A DNA stretch of 64,000 bases, the filler included, from Reclinomonas americana ATCC 50394 (lineage: Eukaryota): assembly GCA_048213135.1 (NCBI GenBank). It is 15 parts of 15 records of this genome, joined end to end, with 100 filler letters (N's around TTAATTAATTAA, not from the genome) between each part and the next. Parts side by side here need not be neighbours in the genome. Positions count along the whole stretch, not along the records: positions 28,115 to 45,501 come from AFZH01019494.1; positions 45,602 to 47,663 come from AFZH01019495.1; positions 47,764 to 49,471 come from AFZH01019496.1; positions 49,572 to 51,859 come from AFZH01019497.1; 11 more parts are not named here. One strand, 5' to 3'. Of the stretch, positions 37,601-50,269 are shown piece by piece. The position numbers and the translations under genes were made by a program. Below the pieces are notes generated by a model. The model saw nothing but the letters and a program-made list of their open reading frames with translations. It had not been told where the DNA came from and did no database searches. Positions within the stretch are counted from its first letter, which is position 1. Each line of letters opens with the position of its first letter.

Positions 37601-40024
37601 AGAAAGAGGTTTGTGTGCATTCAGTGCTCGGTTGTCGGTGTGACACGAGGTACTCAACCGCGGTTTGCGGTGCACAGTTGGAAGCGTTTGAGAGGGAAAT
37701 TGCGCTGATGAAGCAACTGAACCACCCCAACATTGTGCGCTACCTCGGCACCGAAGTCGACGACAAGAAGTTGTATATCTTTATGGAGTACTGCCCAGGT
37801 CTGGAGATGCAGCGTGTGCGCTCTTGTCTTTTCTCAACTCTCAGCTCACGTGCCACCCATATCGATCGCAGGTGGCTCTCTGTCGACGCACGTGTCCAAG
37901 TTTGGTCAGCTGTCGGTCACTCTCATTCGCAAGTACACGCGGGACATTCTCAGTGGCCTCAAGTACCTGCACGATTCGGGATACATCCATCGCGGTACGT
38001 GCAATGTGCACTTGATTGTTAGTGTGCCAGAAGAGTTGTTTTGACGGGATGAGACTCGCTAGATTTGAAGGGTGGCAATATTCTGGTCAACACCGACGGC
38101 TCGATAAAACTCGGCGACTTTGGTTGCAGCAAGCGACTGGTTTGTGTTCATGCCGATCCGTTTGTGAATGTTGGCATGCGACTCTCTTTCTCACGACAAT
38201 GTGTTATTTGTTGTTTTTCCTTCCCCGTGCACCACATACTAGGATGGTGAGTGTGAAGTAGATTGCTGGCGACTGCAGGTTTCTTTTGCTCACGCGTGCG
38301 TGCTCGCTGCAGACTCGAGTGTCGTCAACAGCCTAGTCGGGACGCCGCATTACATGGCACCAGAGGTGGTGACTGGCGAAGGATACAGAAAGTTACTCGC
38401 AGTCCACAGTGCGCGCATATCGTGCGATCCACGCACTGACTCGCGTGTCATTGTCGTCATAGATCTGTTGACATTTGGAGCCTCGGGTGCACCATCATTG
38501 AGATGGCGTCGGGCGATGTGCCGTGGTCGGAGCTGCAGCTCAGCCATCCTCTCAAAATCCTGTATCGTCTCGGTACGGCCGAGCTTCGCGAAATCCCCCA
38601 AATCCCGCCCTCGCTGCAAGGCGACGCTCGCGACTTTGTCCTGCGTTGTCTCGAACGGTGCGCCAGCTGAAATAGTGTTGCATGGCGCTCTTGGTTCATG
38701 TTTTCATTCGATTCGCATGCTTGTGTCTATGTGTGCACCACAGCGATCCGGAGAAGCGATGGACGTGCGAGCAGCTGATGGATCACCCGTTCCTGCAGGA
38801 CCACGGAGAGGGTGGCGCTGGTGGGTGTTGCGAGTGCTCCTTTGTAATCGCAATTGGTGCTGTTATTTTTTGTCTCACGGGCGTGAGACTACGCAGCGGC
38901 GCAACCTGTTCGTGGCCTGTCATACGCCTCGGCATCTCGCGGCACACGGTTGACCTCGCTACAGAGCGGCAACTCAATCACACCTGGCGCAGTGGCAACG
39001 GTGCCCCAGGGTGTCTCGGCCTCTTCCACGGTGGCAAGCTCGATCGTCTCTTCGTCGACACTTGACGAAGAAGCGGTGGAGAGCGAGTCCACCGGGGAGG
39101 ACGACACGGATGCTATGCAGCGGTTCCAGGATGAGGTCGATGGTGACGAGTATGACGTTGACGATGGTGGCGATGCCGAATACGAAAGCGGCGGCAACGA
39201 CAGCGGCGACGAAGGCGACGACGATGACAACGAAGGTGCCGAGGACGACGAATCTGAGAAGCGCAGTGGTGGTGCGTGCAGCGTCTATGTGTGTGTATGT
39301 GCGCGCGCAGCGTCAGGTCTGAGTTTGATGCGCAGGAGAGAAACCGCCATATCGCACAGGCTTGTCAGAACGAATGGCTCCGGTGTCCCTGCCGCCAAGT
39401 TGCGACAGTGTAGTGTCACCGACGCGTGTGACAAAGAGACACGAGTACGCTAACACTTTTGTGCGTTTCGAACAGAGCCACAGCAGAGGCGGCCACCACC
39501 CGCCGATATCAACACTCGGTCACATCATCAGTCGCAATCGTCGTTCCAGAGCACACCTTCGTCGTCGTCGGAGAACGGCAGTCAGATGGATCTCAGCAAG
39601 TCCATGGTGCGAGCGCGTCAAACCAACACCAATGCGTGGGGTTCGTCGGCTGTCTGGCGTGTCTGCGGCATTGGCGATTCTCGGCTCACAACTGATTTCT
39701 TTTTCGCAGTGCGTTCCCGGTCGTGGGCTGAGATGGCATCGCTGACGGCTGCGTCGTCGCCGCCGGCGGAAGACCCCGCCAGCCGGCTCAATTCCACCAT
39801 GCCTCCGACGGCGGGTCGTGGTCGTGGAAACGCTGGCACTGGTGGCGGTGCTGGTGCTAGTGGCACGGTGGGTGCCGGTGGAGCGGTGGGTGCGAGTGGA
39901 ATGCATGCGTCGAGAAGCCAGGGTAGCATGGTGAGTGCTGCGTGCTGCATTGCAGGTTGCGCGACGTGTGTCTAATTCGTCGATCTGTTAGCAGGCTGTA
40001 CGACGAGCGGATGGCGAGGAATAA
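34674..40024 (+). CDS. STE11/MEKK-type MAP3K with an N-terminal Kelch propeller and a PB1 domain
   Basis: Kelch repeats (RIGHSCTVVGDKKLYILFG, RVSHSCTLMGTNKLIVFGG, RCGHGAVLIDDHYIFVFGG). PB1-like exons at 36842-37170. Kinase motifs WTKGSLLGKGSGG, AAKEL, HRDLKGGN, DFG, GTPHYMAPE and DIWSLGCTIIEMASG. Confidence 0.92.
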
Positions 40025-40133
40025 TGATGAGTAAATGAGCAGTGCGATTGTGTTTCGTGGCGCGTTCGCACAGCATGTAAACAAGCAAACAGTCATGCGG
40101 ACATTGTATTATTGCTGCTCACGTGATGTGCTT

Positions 40134-43100
40134 TCACGGAGCCGCGGAGCCTGCTGCACCGTCATCATCCGGCATTGCGGTCATGGCGGCCTTCTCGGCA
40201 AGGCGCTCAAGGTACAAGTACTCAAAGTCCATTTGTGGCAAACCCATTACGTCCTCACGATCCACGGAACTGCAACACCAACGCAGTTACTACTGGTGAG
40301 TGGCGGAACCCAGGCGCACACAAAGCACAGCCACATCGTACGCACTCGTATTTACATCCGCGCAAAGACGAGCGCTGAGCGGCGACCAGGTAGTCCATTT
40401 TCGAGATGGGCGACGATCGATCCATGAGCTGCAGATCAGAAAAACAGCACGTGGGGCAGATGAGCATATCATTGAGAGCGAAGAGCGTGTTGTCGAGTCG
40501 ATAACCACCACACGTACCGTTTGATGGAACCAGTCAAGATCGATGGCGTCCCACCCACTGCGGAGACAAGCAATCAGCGCAACGACTGTCACCACATGGG
40601 AGGAGCGAACGAACGAAACTGATATGATGCCTTGAGCATGGCCAGACACCGGCTGACAGACCACGTTGGACTGACAAAGGCATCAGCAGCACTACTGGTC
40701 GGCAAGACCTGCATGTGCACAGTTGTCATGAACCAGGCGAGAGAGAGCACTCGCACCACACAGTGCGCAAACCTCCAGTCCTTGTGTCACGACGCCTCGT
40801 TGCACCGTGGCCAAGAACGCCAAGTAGAACTTGAGAACGACGCGATTCCACTCCTCGCTACACGAAGTTGTCATCACGGTTAGCTTACCCAGCACCTAGT
40901 AGCAACAGCAGCAACAACAACAACAACACACCGAATGAAGCGAGTGAACATGAGAAATCTCTTGTCGGTCTTTGAGTTCTTGATGGCCGTCGACACCAGG
41001 GCGCCAGTGTACTGCGTGACCAAGTCACCGGTGCCGAACTGTTCCTTGAAGAACTGGAAAATGTAGGCCACCAGTGGTGTCGACTCCTCCTCCCGATTCT
41101 GCTGCACCAGTGCCGCACGTCCCTTGTACACATCTCGCACCAGACGAAGCGCCCATTTTGGTGTCTTCGGAGGCATGTCAGCCAGTGCGCGTACCATGCG
41201 TGGAACCGGCATCTTGAGGAAGTCGTCGACATTGAGACTGCCAGCCCCCGCACCGAGCCGGCTCAGCGCCACACTTCCCTGCACGTCGGTGTGGTGTGAG
41301 ACTCAACAACACACAGAACTGAATATAATGGAACGACGACAGTACGCAACTCTGCGTGCGTTTGCTGCACTACCACGTGGCGTGTTTGTGCCGCGTCCGG
41401 GTGTAGCCAGTGAACCCGAACTTGAATTGTGCCCAACCCCGCCGAGTTTCAGCCGACGCAGTCTCGATGGCAGCTGTGAAGCCATAGGCGACGACAGCTC
41501 GCCACCGGTCTCACTGGCATCAGTTTGCGTGCCGTTGTCTTGCGTAAATCTGTGCGACAAACAGGTCCATTTCAGCAGCGAGTTGCGAAAAGATCACAAC
41601 CAATGCTGAGGGGAGAGGGGGCGACGCACCCGAGTTGACGGAACAGGTCGAAACGGTGATGCGGAGCCAATTCAAGTACCATCTTCCTTGTGCTGGCATC
41701 ACTGTCCTCTGCCGTGTGGCTGTTAGATCCCGCGCGCAGCAACTGGCCGCGTTGATGATCCGATATTGTGGCGGGACGCACTCCAGCAGCAGCGCGTCGC
41801 AGCTCCTCCACAGAGTGCACGCCCATGTTGACACTCGTATGATTTCTCGTCAAGTGACCCACTTGCGCCGAGGCTTGATGAGAGTCTACGCACGTGGTCG
41901 CGGTGTCAGTTGCCGCTAAAGTAGATACCCGCGAAGCGATTCAAACACATACAACTGACCAAGTGCTGCGGCTGCTGGTGCCGAGTCTCCAGCCGCACTT
42001 GAAGCACCACCGGCGCTCGCCAAGTTCGCCACCTTCTTGTTGAGAGCCTCGGTCATCTGGTCCAGCAGCAAACACACGCTGACATTGGTGTTGGAATTGT
42101 ACTTGTAGCCGAGATTGCCGGAGACAAGCTCGGCAGCAAGCTTTTCGGCAGCTGTTACATCCCCAGCAGCCAAGGCAGCAGTTGTCGATGTACCTGTTCC
42201 ACATAGGCAGTAAGTCACCGCAGCAACAAGAAAACACCAATCCGTCCCCCCGTGAACCCGCTCACCAAAACCTCCGAATCCGCGAGCCGTGTTGTTTGCC
42301 GACGAGGCGGCCGACGACGACGACGATGCCGACGACGACGATCCAGCATGTCGGATCAGTTGCTCCAGTCGAGCAATCTTCTCAAACATGGATTTGAGCG
42401 ATCGACCACCGCGACCGTTCCCATCGTCGTCGTCATCATCAGTGTCGAACAAAAAGTCGCCATCTTCTTCCTCATCGGCGAATATGTCCTCTTCCTCCTC
42501 AACCTCCTCCTTCTTGGACTCTGTGATCACGCCACACTCGAACAAATCTGTGGTAACAGATCAGTGCTAGCCCACCGAACCCCGGCAATGTACAGAGCAG
42601 CAGACGCAACTGGCAGCCAGTCGACGCCGACGCTCCACAATCGTGTCGGCGAGCGACTTGGACTTGGGCTTGGCGGCCTGTTTTTGCACACTGGACGGTT
42701 CCTCTTCGTCGTCACTGCCCAGGTCTTGATGCGCGTCCATCATTCCACCAGATGGCATGCCACCCTCGGCCAGCGCATTTGCCATTTCCTGTGCACATGC
42801 AGTGAGCGCAACCGCAACGCGTCCACGTCACTTAGCGTCGTACTCACCAACTGGGGCTTGAGGACGCGTTCGACTTCATCGTGGACGCGCAACTCGATGG
42901 CCTCCTGGAACCACACGTGCATGGCCTCCTCACCCACTTGTGTGCACACCGATCGTCCCGCAATCGACGAGCGGTTCTGTAGCTCCTGAATCTGTTGCTT
43001 CTTCTGCTGCAGTTCCTTGCTCAGTTGCGCTTGTTTGCTAATGTTGGTCGCAAGCTCCTCGCGGAGCCAGGCCTGTCGTAATGTCTGTCAGCGCTGCCCA

Positions 43101-45501
43101 AAGCAAGGGAGGAGGAGTTGAGACATGCATACACACACACACACACCTTTTCTTGCTCGCACGCCGCCAGATCGGCGCGAGCTCTCTCAATCTCAAACTC
43201 CTTCCTCTCCATGTCCTCATTCACCGTCCCGATGCTAGCATGCAACTCTGTGTATGCCTTGCCGAGTGCCCGCCACAGCTCTACCATTCGGCACCGCATT
43301 TTTTCCAACAAGCTGCCACGCTCGACGCAGTGCACAAACACCTAAAACGTGTCACGCAAGGTCGTGAGTGGACCGCGCGCTTATACGTAGATACGTAGCT
43401 ATAGAGCAGCTGCTGCAGTACCTGGCGACTGAGTTCACTCAGCACGACGTCGTAGATGCCAAACTCCTCCGTCAGCGACTCGAGATCGGCCTTGCGATGT
43501 TCCTCGAAACTATGGCGGCACATGGCGTCAGCAACACACAGCCTGCTTCTTGCGTCGTGCAAGGCGTTCGACGCAACGAATCGAGGTCCGACAGCGCAAA
43601 GTCGTCAGTGAGTTTGTGTCGAATCATGCTCTCCAACGCCTTGGCGAGAAAAATGACCTCGACACTGTTTCACACGGAAGTGAGTGCTTGCGCGCCAACA
43701 CTCGCGGCAAATACCAACATGGGGTCGCCTTCTCACCGTGAACTCGGCCGCGACGACGGGAAGACCAGGTGCTTGTACACCTTCTGCTCTCGGTCGTGCG
43801 CCACCTGACACGCACGGTGCACGGCATGAGGACTCTTGCAACATCAATGACAGAGCGCATAAAAAAACCAGACCTTGGCGTAGGGCACCAGCGGAATGGG
43901 CGAGTCGGCAAACACGTGATACGACTCGGGAATTTTTGTCTCTGGAATGCATCCGTGCAGCCACTGCCGCAAGATCATGGCATAGTCGTCGTACTTGCTG
44001 TCCTCGTCAGAAAAACACTCGGCGAACGCATCACGAGCAAACTGTGCCACCTGTTTTCTCGACACTCAATGAGCAACACACCAACGGAGACAACACACTG
44101 ACTCGTCGCTGTCGCGCCGCACCTTGGCCTCCTGCACCGACAGTTGCTTGTTGGCCGCTCGCTGCGCCGTCTGCTCCGGCACGTGATACGACACGTCGGT
44201 CGACAGTACACCGCCGTAGAGGTGAGCAATGTCGGGGAATTCGACACTCTGGGCCAGTTCCCGTGGCTGCGAAAACGACGCAAGAGGCATCTGCATGACC
44301 ACGTTCTCCAGTGTCATGCTGCTGGCGGGGCGAACAGTTGGCGACGGCGAGCGAGTCATACGGCTGGGCGAAGCGCTGCAGCTGCGTGTCGACTTGCGTT
44401 CCCGCCGCGCCTTCCGTTGCAAACCGTGATGAAGCTGATGAATTTCCGTGGCATACGGATTGCCCGCCGCCGCTGATGCCTGCGACGAGGTGGGCCGCTG
44501 TGGCGAGCTGCGCAGTGAGGGGAACGGCGTTGGATTGTCCACTTGCCCGAGTGCCAGCGACTTGGGGTTGGAGTTGACGAACGACAAGTTCAGTTGCTGC
44601 GAGTGCACTTGCTGTTGGTGCTGTTGATTCGTCCTGGCTCCGGTGGAGTCGTGCAACACACTCACACTGGCCTGCAGTACTGCGTCCATCACACGAACTG
44701 CTTGCTCAGCTGCCTCGGCCTCCGATGGTTGTGTTGGCGCGATGTCGACAACATCTGGCGGCACTCCCTGCACTGCGTGCGCCTGCACCTTCGATGAGCG
44801 CTGCTGCACCGAGTGCGGCATCGAGGCGTCGAGAAGCGACTTGAGGTGCGTACGTAGTTCGTCGTGTGCCATCGCTGTCTTGCCACTGGTGCCCACACTG
44901 TCCTTGCTGTCGCGAAGGCGATTACCGCTGTTGTTGCTGCTGCTGCCATTTCTGCTGCTGTTGCTACTCCTGCTGCTGCCACCACCACCGCCACCAACAT
45001 GGATTCCGCCTGCCAGATCGCCCAGCGTCAGAATCTCCGAGTCGGCCACCGAAGCTGTCACGCGACTGCTGGGACACGCGCTGTACGGCGCACTGACTGT
45101 CCCAGTCACCGCCGTATGTGTTCCGCCGCCGCCACCACCACCACCGCCACTGGCACCGCCACTGCGAGGAGCAAAGGTCGATGTCGCCTCATCTCCCATG
45201 GCCATCATCATCGAGAACTTGTGTGCACTGGCTGGCCGCGGCAGTGGCTGACCCGATGCACTGCCACTGCCCGTAGTAGTCGGTCCCGACATCTGCACCG
45301 CAGGAAGGCGAGACCGGGGTGAGAGACAAAGGAGAGTTTGATCGTAGATATCGAAATGAGGCGCGTCACCTTGGGCAGACGATTGGTGAGGCCGAGTGAG
45401 GCCACCACTGCATCACCGGCGGTAGTCGCACCAGGCAGAGCAGTAGTAGTGGTTGTAGTAGCAGCCGTCGCCGCATTCACCGCCGCCGCACTGTCGCTGT
45501 C
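40134..45501 (-). CDS. AXDND1: AXDND1-like axonemal dynein light chain domain protein with coiled coil (5' truncated)
   Basis: LVFPSSRPSSR..EVIFLAKALESM and EFGIYDVVLSELSRQVFVHCVERGSLLEKMR match the AXDND1/p28-type domain. A helical C-terminal domain follows (YIFQFFKEQFG...RFLMFTRFI). Confidence 0.7.
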
Positions 45502-45703
45502 NNNNNNNNNNNNNNNNNNNNNNNNNNNNNNNNNNNNNNNNNNNNTTAATTAATTAANNNNNNNNNNNNNNNNNNNNNNNNNNNNNNNNNNNNNNNNNNN
45601 NTCACAACCGGCGCCCACGAGAAAACAACAACAGAGATAGAGAGGAGAGCAGCGAGGGATATACATAGAGAAGCTTTTTCCACGCACTCCCCGCACATTC
45701 TCC

Positions 45704-47663
45704 TCAGCGATCGATACACAACGCGCAGCCGACTGCGAATTCCTCGCCACTTGGTGGGTGCGGCGCAAACTTGCAGTGCCCAGGTCCCGGACAGCGTGGC
45801 AGGTCTTCGCGCTGCAATATGAACAAAGAAGAAGTGAGGATGCAGAACCACACAAGCCACTGCTGCGCTGCTCACCTTGTAGCGTGTGAGATAGTCGCCA
45901 TCCTCTTGTCGCTTGTGGCACTTTTCGCAAAAGTGCGTCGTGCCCCAGCAGAAGAAGCTGGCCACGTTGCAGCAGAACTTGCACTTGTGCTGCAAGTAGT
46001 CCTTGCCGTGACGCGCGCATGTCTCCAGCCCGACACTCGAGCACGTCGGGCATACCAAGTCGTCGGGATTGACGGGCCGCTGATCGGCCACTTGCTCGCA
46101 TTCACGCCGACCGCCAAAGTATGGGTCCTGCAGGTGCTGGGAGTGAGCGCACGATTGGAGACGGAGCACAGCAACTGCTACATCCATCACCTTGCACTTG
46201 GAGCACCGATAGTAGGCGTAGCGATGCAAAGCAAAGCCGAGTGGATCATTGTGGAACTTGCCCGACGGATCCACAATGTGAAAGTGATTCGATTCACCCT
46301 CACGCTCCAGTCGATCCAACACGCGAGCCTCCACCGTCTGCGCCACACCACCACGGTGAGGAGGCAAGATGGCGACACCGCGGGGGGAGAAAACAACAGC
46401 AAGCCACAAAAACGCACTCGGTACAGAAGGAGCGGATCGCGCATGGCCTCCGCCAGTGCTGGGTGGTTGAACATCCGCTTGCAGTGCGGGCACAGCATGT
46501 ATCCGAACGTAATCGAAGGACCAGGGTAACTCCGCTGCAGCTGCTCGAGCACACAGTGGTAGTGCAGCACGTGATTGCAGCTCAGCCTTATGCACGGCGC
46601 CAGCTGCAAGAAAGATCATACAATACGCGAACAGTGAGTCACCCCATGCGCTATCTTGAGAAGGCACTAGCGAAAAAAATGTAGACCAACCTTTAGCGGC
46701 TCGTACCCACAAATCACACAGTACTCGTCGCCGACGCAGCTACCATCCGGTGCCTCGCAACGCAAACATCCCAAACACTCCTCCTCGCCCCGAATTCCAC
46801 AGCACGGATGACCACAGTCCAGCAGCTTTTCGCAGCTCCGCGCGCGCTTTTCGACACAGCCGGGATCGGTGCACACATCGAGCAGTCCCGGCGGAATGTC
46901 GGCATCTGCAATGCAACAACAGTAAATGAGACGAGCACACAAAACAAACATACGTATATGCACACAGTCAGACACGCAACAGTCCTCCACTGGATCCACG
47001 CACGTGTTGCGCTCGTTCAGCTGGGTCTCGCAGAAGCGGCATGCGCGCGAGTTCTTGTACTCCACCCACTGCACCATCCGAATCATTCGTCAACATTCCA
47101 CAGCGTGCGCGCACCAAGGTACGTGACAAAAATAAAAAACGAAACTCCACTGCAGGTGTAGCCGACGTGGTACGGAATCTCCTTGCAGCTGGCGCAAAAC
47201 ACAGAGGCGCACTTGCGGCAGCGGAAGCGGTAATTGGCCTGATGTTCTTGCGCCTCGGCCGACATTTTCGGTCCACCGGCCTGCATGGAGAGCCACGTGA
47301 ATATACGACTGCACAGCGCCGCAACCACCGAAAGTGACACATACCTGCGGGGCGCCTCCAGCAGCTGCACCAGACGCGGCCACTCGTTCAAATGGCGCAC
47401 GGCATCGCGGACAGCTCACCAACTCGCCACCCTCCTCCAACTTGGCCTGGATCGGGCCGTCCACCAAGTCCGTGTACTCGGCCTCGCTCAGCACCTCCTC
47501 CTGCGACACGGTGGCAAGAATGAGGCACGGTCGCACAGCCGTGCTCGAACACGCACACACACACAAACCTTGAGTGTCTTGGGAGGGACCAGCTCCGTGC
47601 AGGCCTCCACAGGACACTGCACGCTACCGGCGCGCTGCCGGATGGCCCGCAATGAAGCATTGC
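45704..47663 (-). CDS. MYCBP2/Highwire-type RING-Cys-relay (RCR) E3 ligase module preceded by an IBR-like domain (5' truncated)
   Basis: CGHPCCG, RING CVIC...APCIRLSCNHVLHYHC...ITFGYMLCPHCK, YAYYRCSKCKDPYFGGRREC, HGKDYLQHKCKFCCNVASFFCWGTTHFCEKCH and HPPSGEEFAVGCALC. Confidence 0.92.
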
Positions 47664-48251
47664 NNNNNNNNNNNNNNNNNNNNNNNNNNNNNNNNNNNNN
47701 NNNNNNNTTAATTAATTAANNNNNNNNNNNNNNNNNNNNNNNNNNNNNNNNNNNNNNNNNNNNGTGTGTGTGTGTGTGTGCGTGTGTGAGTTCGGTGACA
47801 AAAGGCAATCGCACGCAAACATGACAAGATCGGTCCACCGTGCATGCATGACAGTGCATGACTTGTACCGCAGCAATCGCTCTTGTTGCTGTCGTTCCTG
47901 TGGCTCCCGCTGAAAGAAAGAGAGAGAGAGTGTGTGTGTGTGTGATCGTATGTGCCACGCACTGCACCAAAAAAACAAGAAAAAATTGACTGCAGCACTC
48001 ACCTCCAACTGCAACACTTGACGTTTCCCGGTCGCCCCTCACTCCGCAAACCCCACACTCTCCCTGCCTATGACCCTCTTGACTCAAACAAGAGCCAGAG
48101 CGACTACAAAAGAAGAGAGAGTGACAGATTCCGGGATTCGCCAATCTCGACATTGACAACTGCTGCAGCGACTCTCCCATCATTCAACCAATTTCACGCA
48201 ACTCAAGAGCAGAAGCAACCTGCTCTCTCTCTCTCTCTCTCTCTCTTTGTG

Positions 48252-50227
48252 ATGGTTCGCGTCAGCTTTCGTGTGAGCGAGGTGCCAGCGGCCTTTGGCG
48301 AGCTGTGCTTTGTCGTCGGCAGTGATGTTGCGTGCCGCTCCACACCACCACCGCATTAGTCAATCATGCGCTCACTCTCGCTCTCTCTCTCCTTCTCGCA
48401 CACACACGCAGGAGTCGCTTGGCTCTTGGGAGCACACCAACGGCTTCCAACTGCGATACCGCGACGGTTGCTGGGAGGGCACAGCGCGACTGACTTCGAT
48501 CGCCGACGACAAGCATCGCCACTCGTCGGCACTGTTGCGCTTCAAATACGTTGTGTACAACCCACACATCTCCAACTCGATCAAGGCCGAGACCGGTGTG
48601 CGGTGAGTGACTTGTCTTTGCTCTTGTGTACACACACAGACACACGCACACAGACTGCTCTGTTTGCCTTTGTGTGCGCCTCTCGCACTTTTGTGATGCA
48701 GAGAGCCGCTCATGCAATCTTCCACTCGCTCTCTCTTCCCACCCCCTTCTTTCCCGCGCTACACACACGCGTTCTCTGGTCTCCTCACGCATCGCACTAC
48801 ACGCAACGTTGAAGTGCAAGTTCGTTTTGTGAGCGACATGTCGCACTGATGTCGTCGTCGTGTCTGCGCAGAGAACTTGTGCTTCCGCTGCTGCACAGCG
48901 CGGAGCACGATCGGTTGCTTCATTTGGGCAGCGTGGATCTGTGGCGAGCGGCGGCAAGTGTCGATCAGGGCATTGTGTCGAGTGCGGCCTTCCGAGGAGT
49001 GCTCTTCCGACGCGAGGCCGACGCGGTGCCGCTGAGACCGTCGCTGGCCGATGTGCCGTCGGCCGACTGGGATCCGAGTGTCACCGAGGTCGAGGTGCGC
49101 GTGGAGGCGTGGCGCGTGGCACCCACCGATTCGGTGGTGCTGATCGGCTCGTCGCGGGCACTCGGCGAGTGGGATCTCGCTCGTGCAGTACCGATGGTGT
49201 GTGAGCAGCAGGCGGACGCCGCGGCGGTGTTCCAGTGGACCACGCGCTTCCAGGTGGCACGCGACGAGCTGCCGGTGCGATACAAGTTTGTGCTGATCGA
49301 TAACGAGGGTCGTGAGCGCATGTGGGAGGCCGGCGAGGATCGCGTGCTGGACGCGGACTTGGCGGCTCCCGGCGGCGGCGCGCCGTGCCGCAAGATCGCC
49401 ATGCAGACCACGCCTTTCCGCTTCCCCAACAACCTCGGGGCGCTGACGTTCCGCGGCGCCGGCTCCGCCATNNNNNNNNNNNNNNNNNNNNNNNNNNNNN
49501 NNNNNNNNNNNNNNNTTAATTAATTAANNNNNNNNNNNNNNNNNNNNNNNNNNNNNNNNNNNNNNNNNNNNATTTGTGTGTTTGTTTTTGCTCTTGATCT
49601 GGCCCGATAACTCACGGTGCTGTGCGTGCAGTGCCCTCGATTCGACTTGGCCTCTTGCGACACCTGTTGGGCGACACGGAGGCCGCAGTGGTGCGGGATC
49701 TCTTGTTTGTGGCACCGCCGGCCTCGACCACCTCTTCCTCATCGTCGTCAGCTGCCGGTGGCTCGTCTGCTCCCGACGCCGCCGTAGCCGCAGCTGGCAG
49801 TGCCGATGGCTCGGCTTCATCGTCCTCTTCGTCTTCGTCTGCCGGCGCCGCGCCACCTCTGTTTGTGGAGCACGATGCCACGGTGCTGTTCCTGAAGCCC
49901 GAGTTCAGCACGGAGCGTGCTGTGGAGAAGAGTGGCCTCTCACCGGAGACCTGCCGCTGCATCTACGTCAACGTGTTCAACAACGTGTGCCTGTACAAGG
50001 ATCGCGAAAACCGCGATGCTTTCTACCCGCGCTTTGCCCTGTGGAAGACCGCCAAGTACGGAGAGCTGTCGGCCGACTGGAAGCGCGAGTTGTACCGTCT
50101 GTGTATCTCGTACTTTTTCGAGCGACAAGAGGATCTGTGGGGTCAGGTGGGATTCGAGCGCACGTCAATGATGCGCCGCGCCTCCAGTTGCGTTTTTAGT
50201 TTGTTGTTGCAGCAGCTTGGTGGTGTG

Positions 50228-50269
<42 letters not shown>

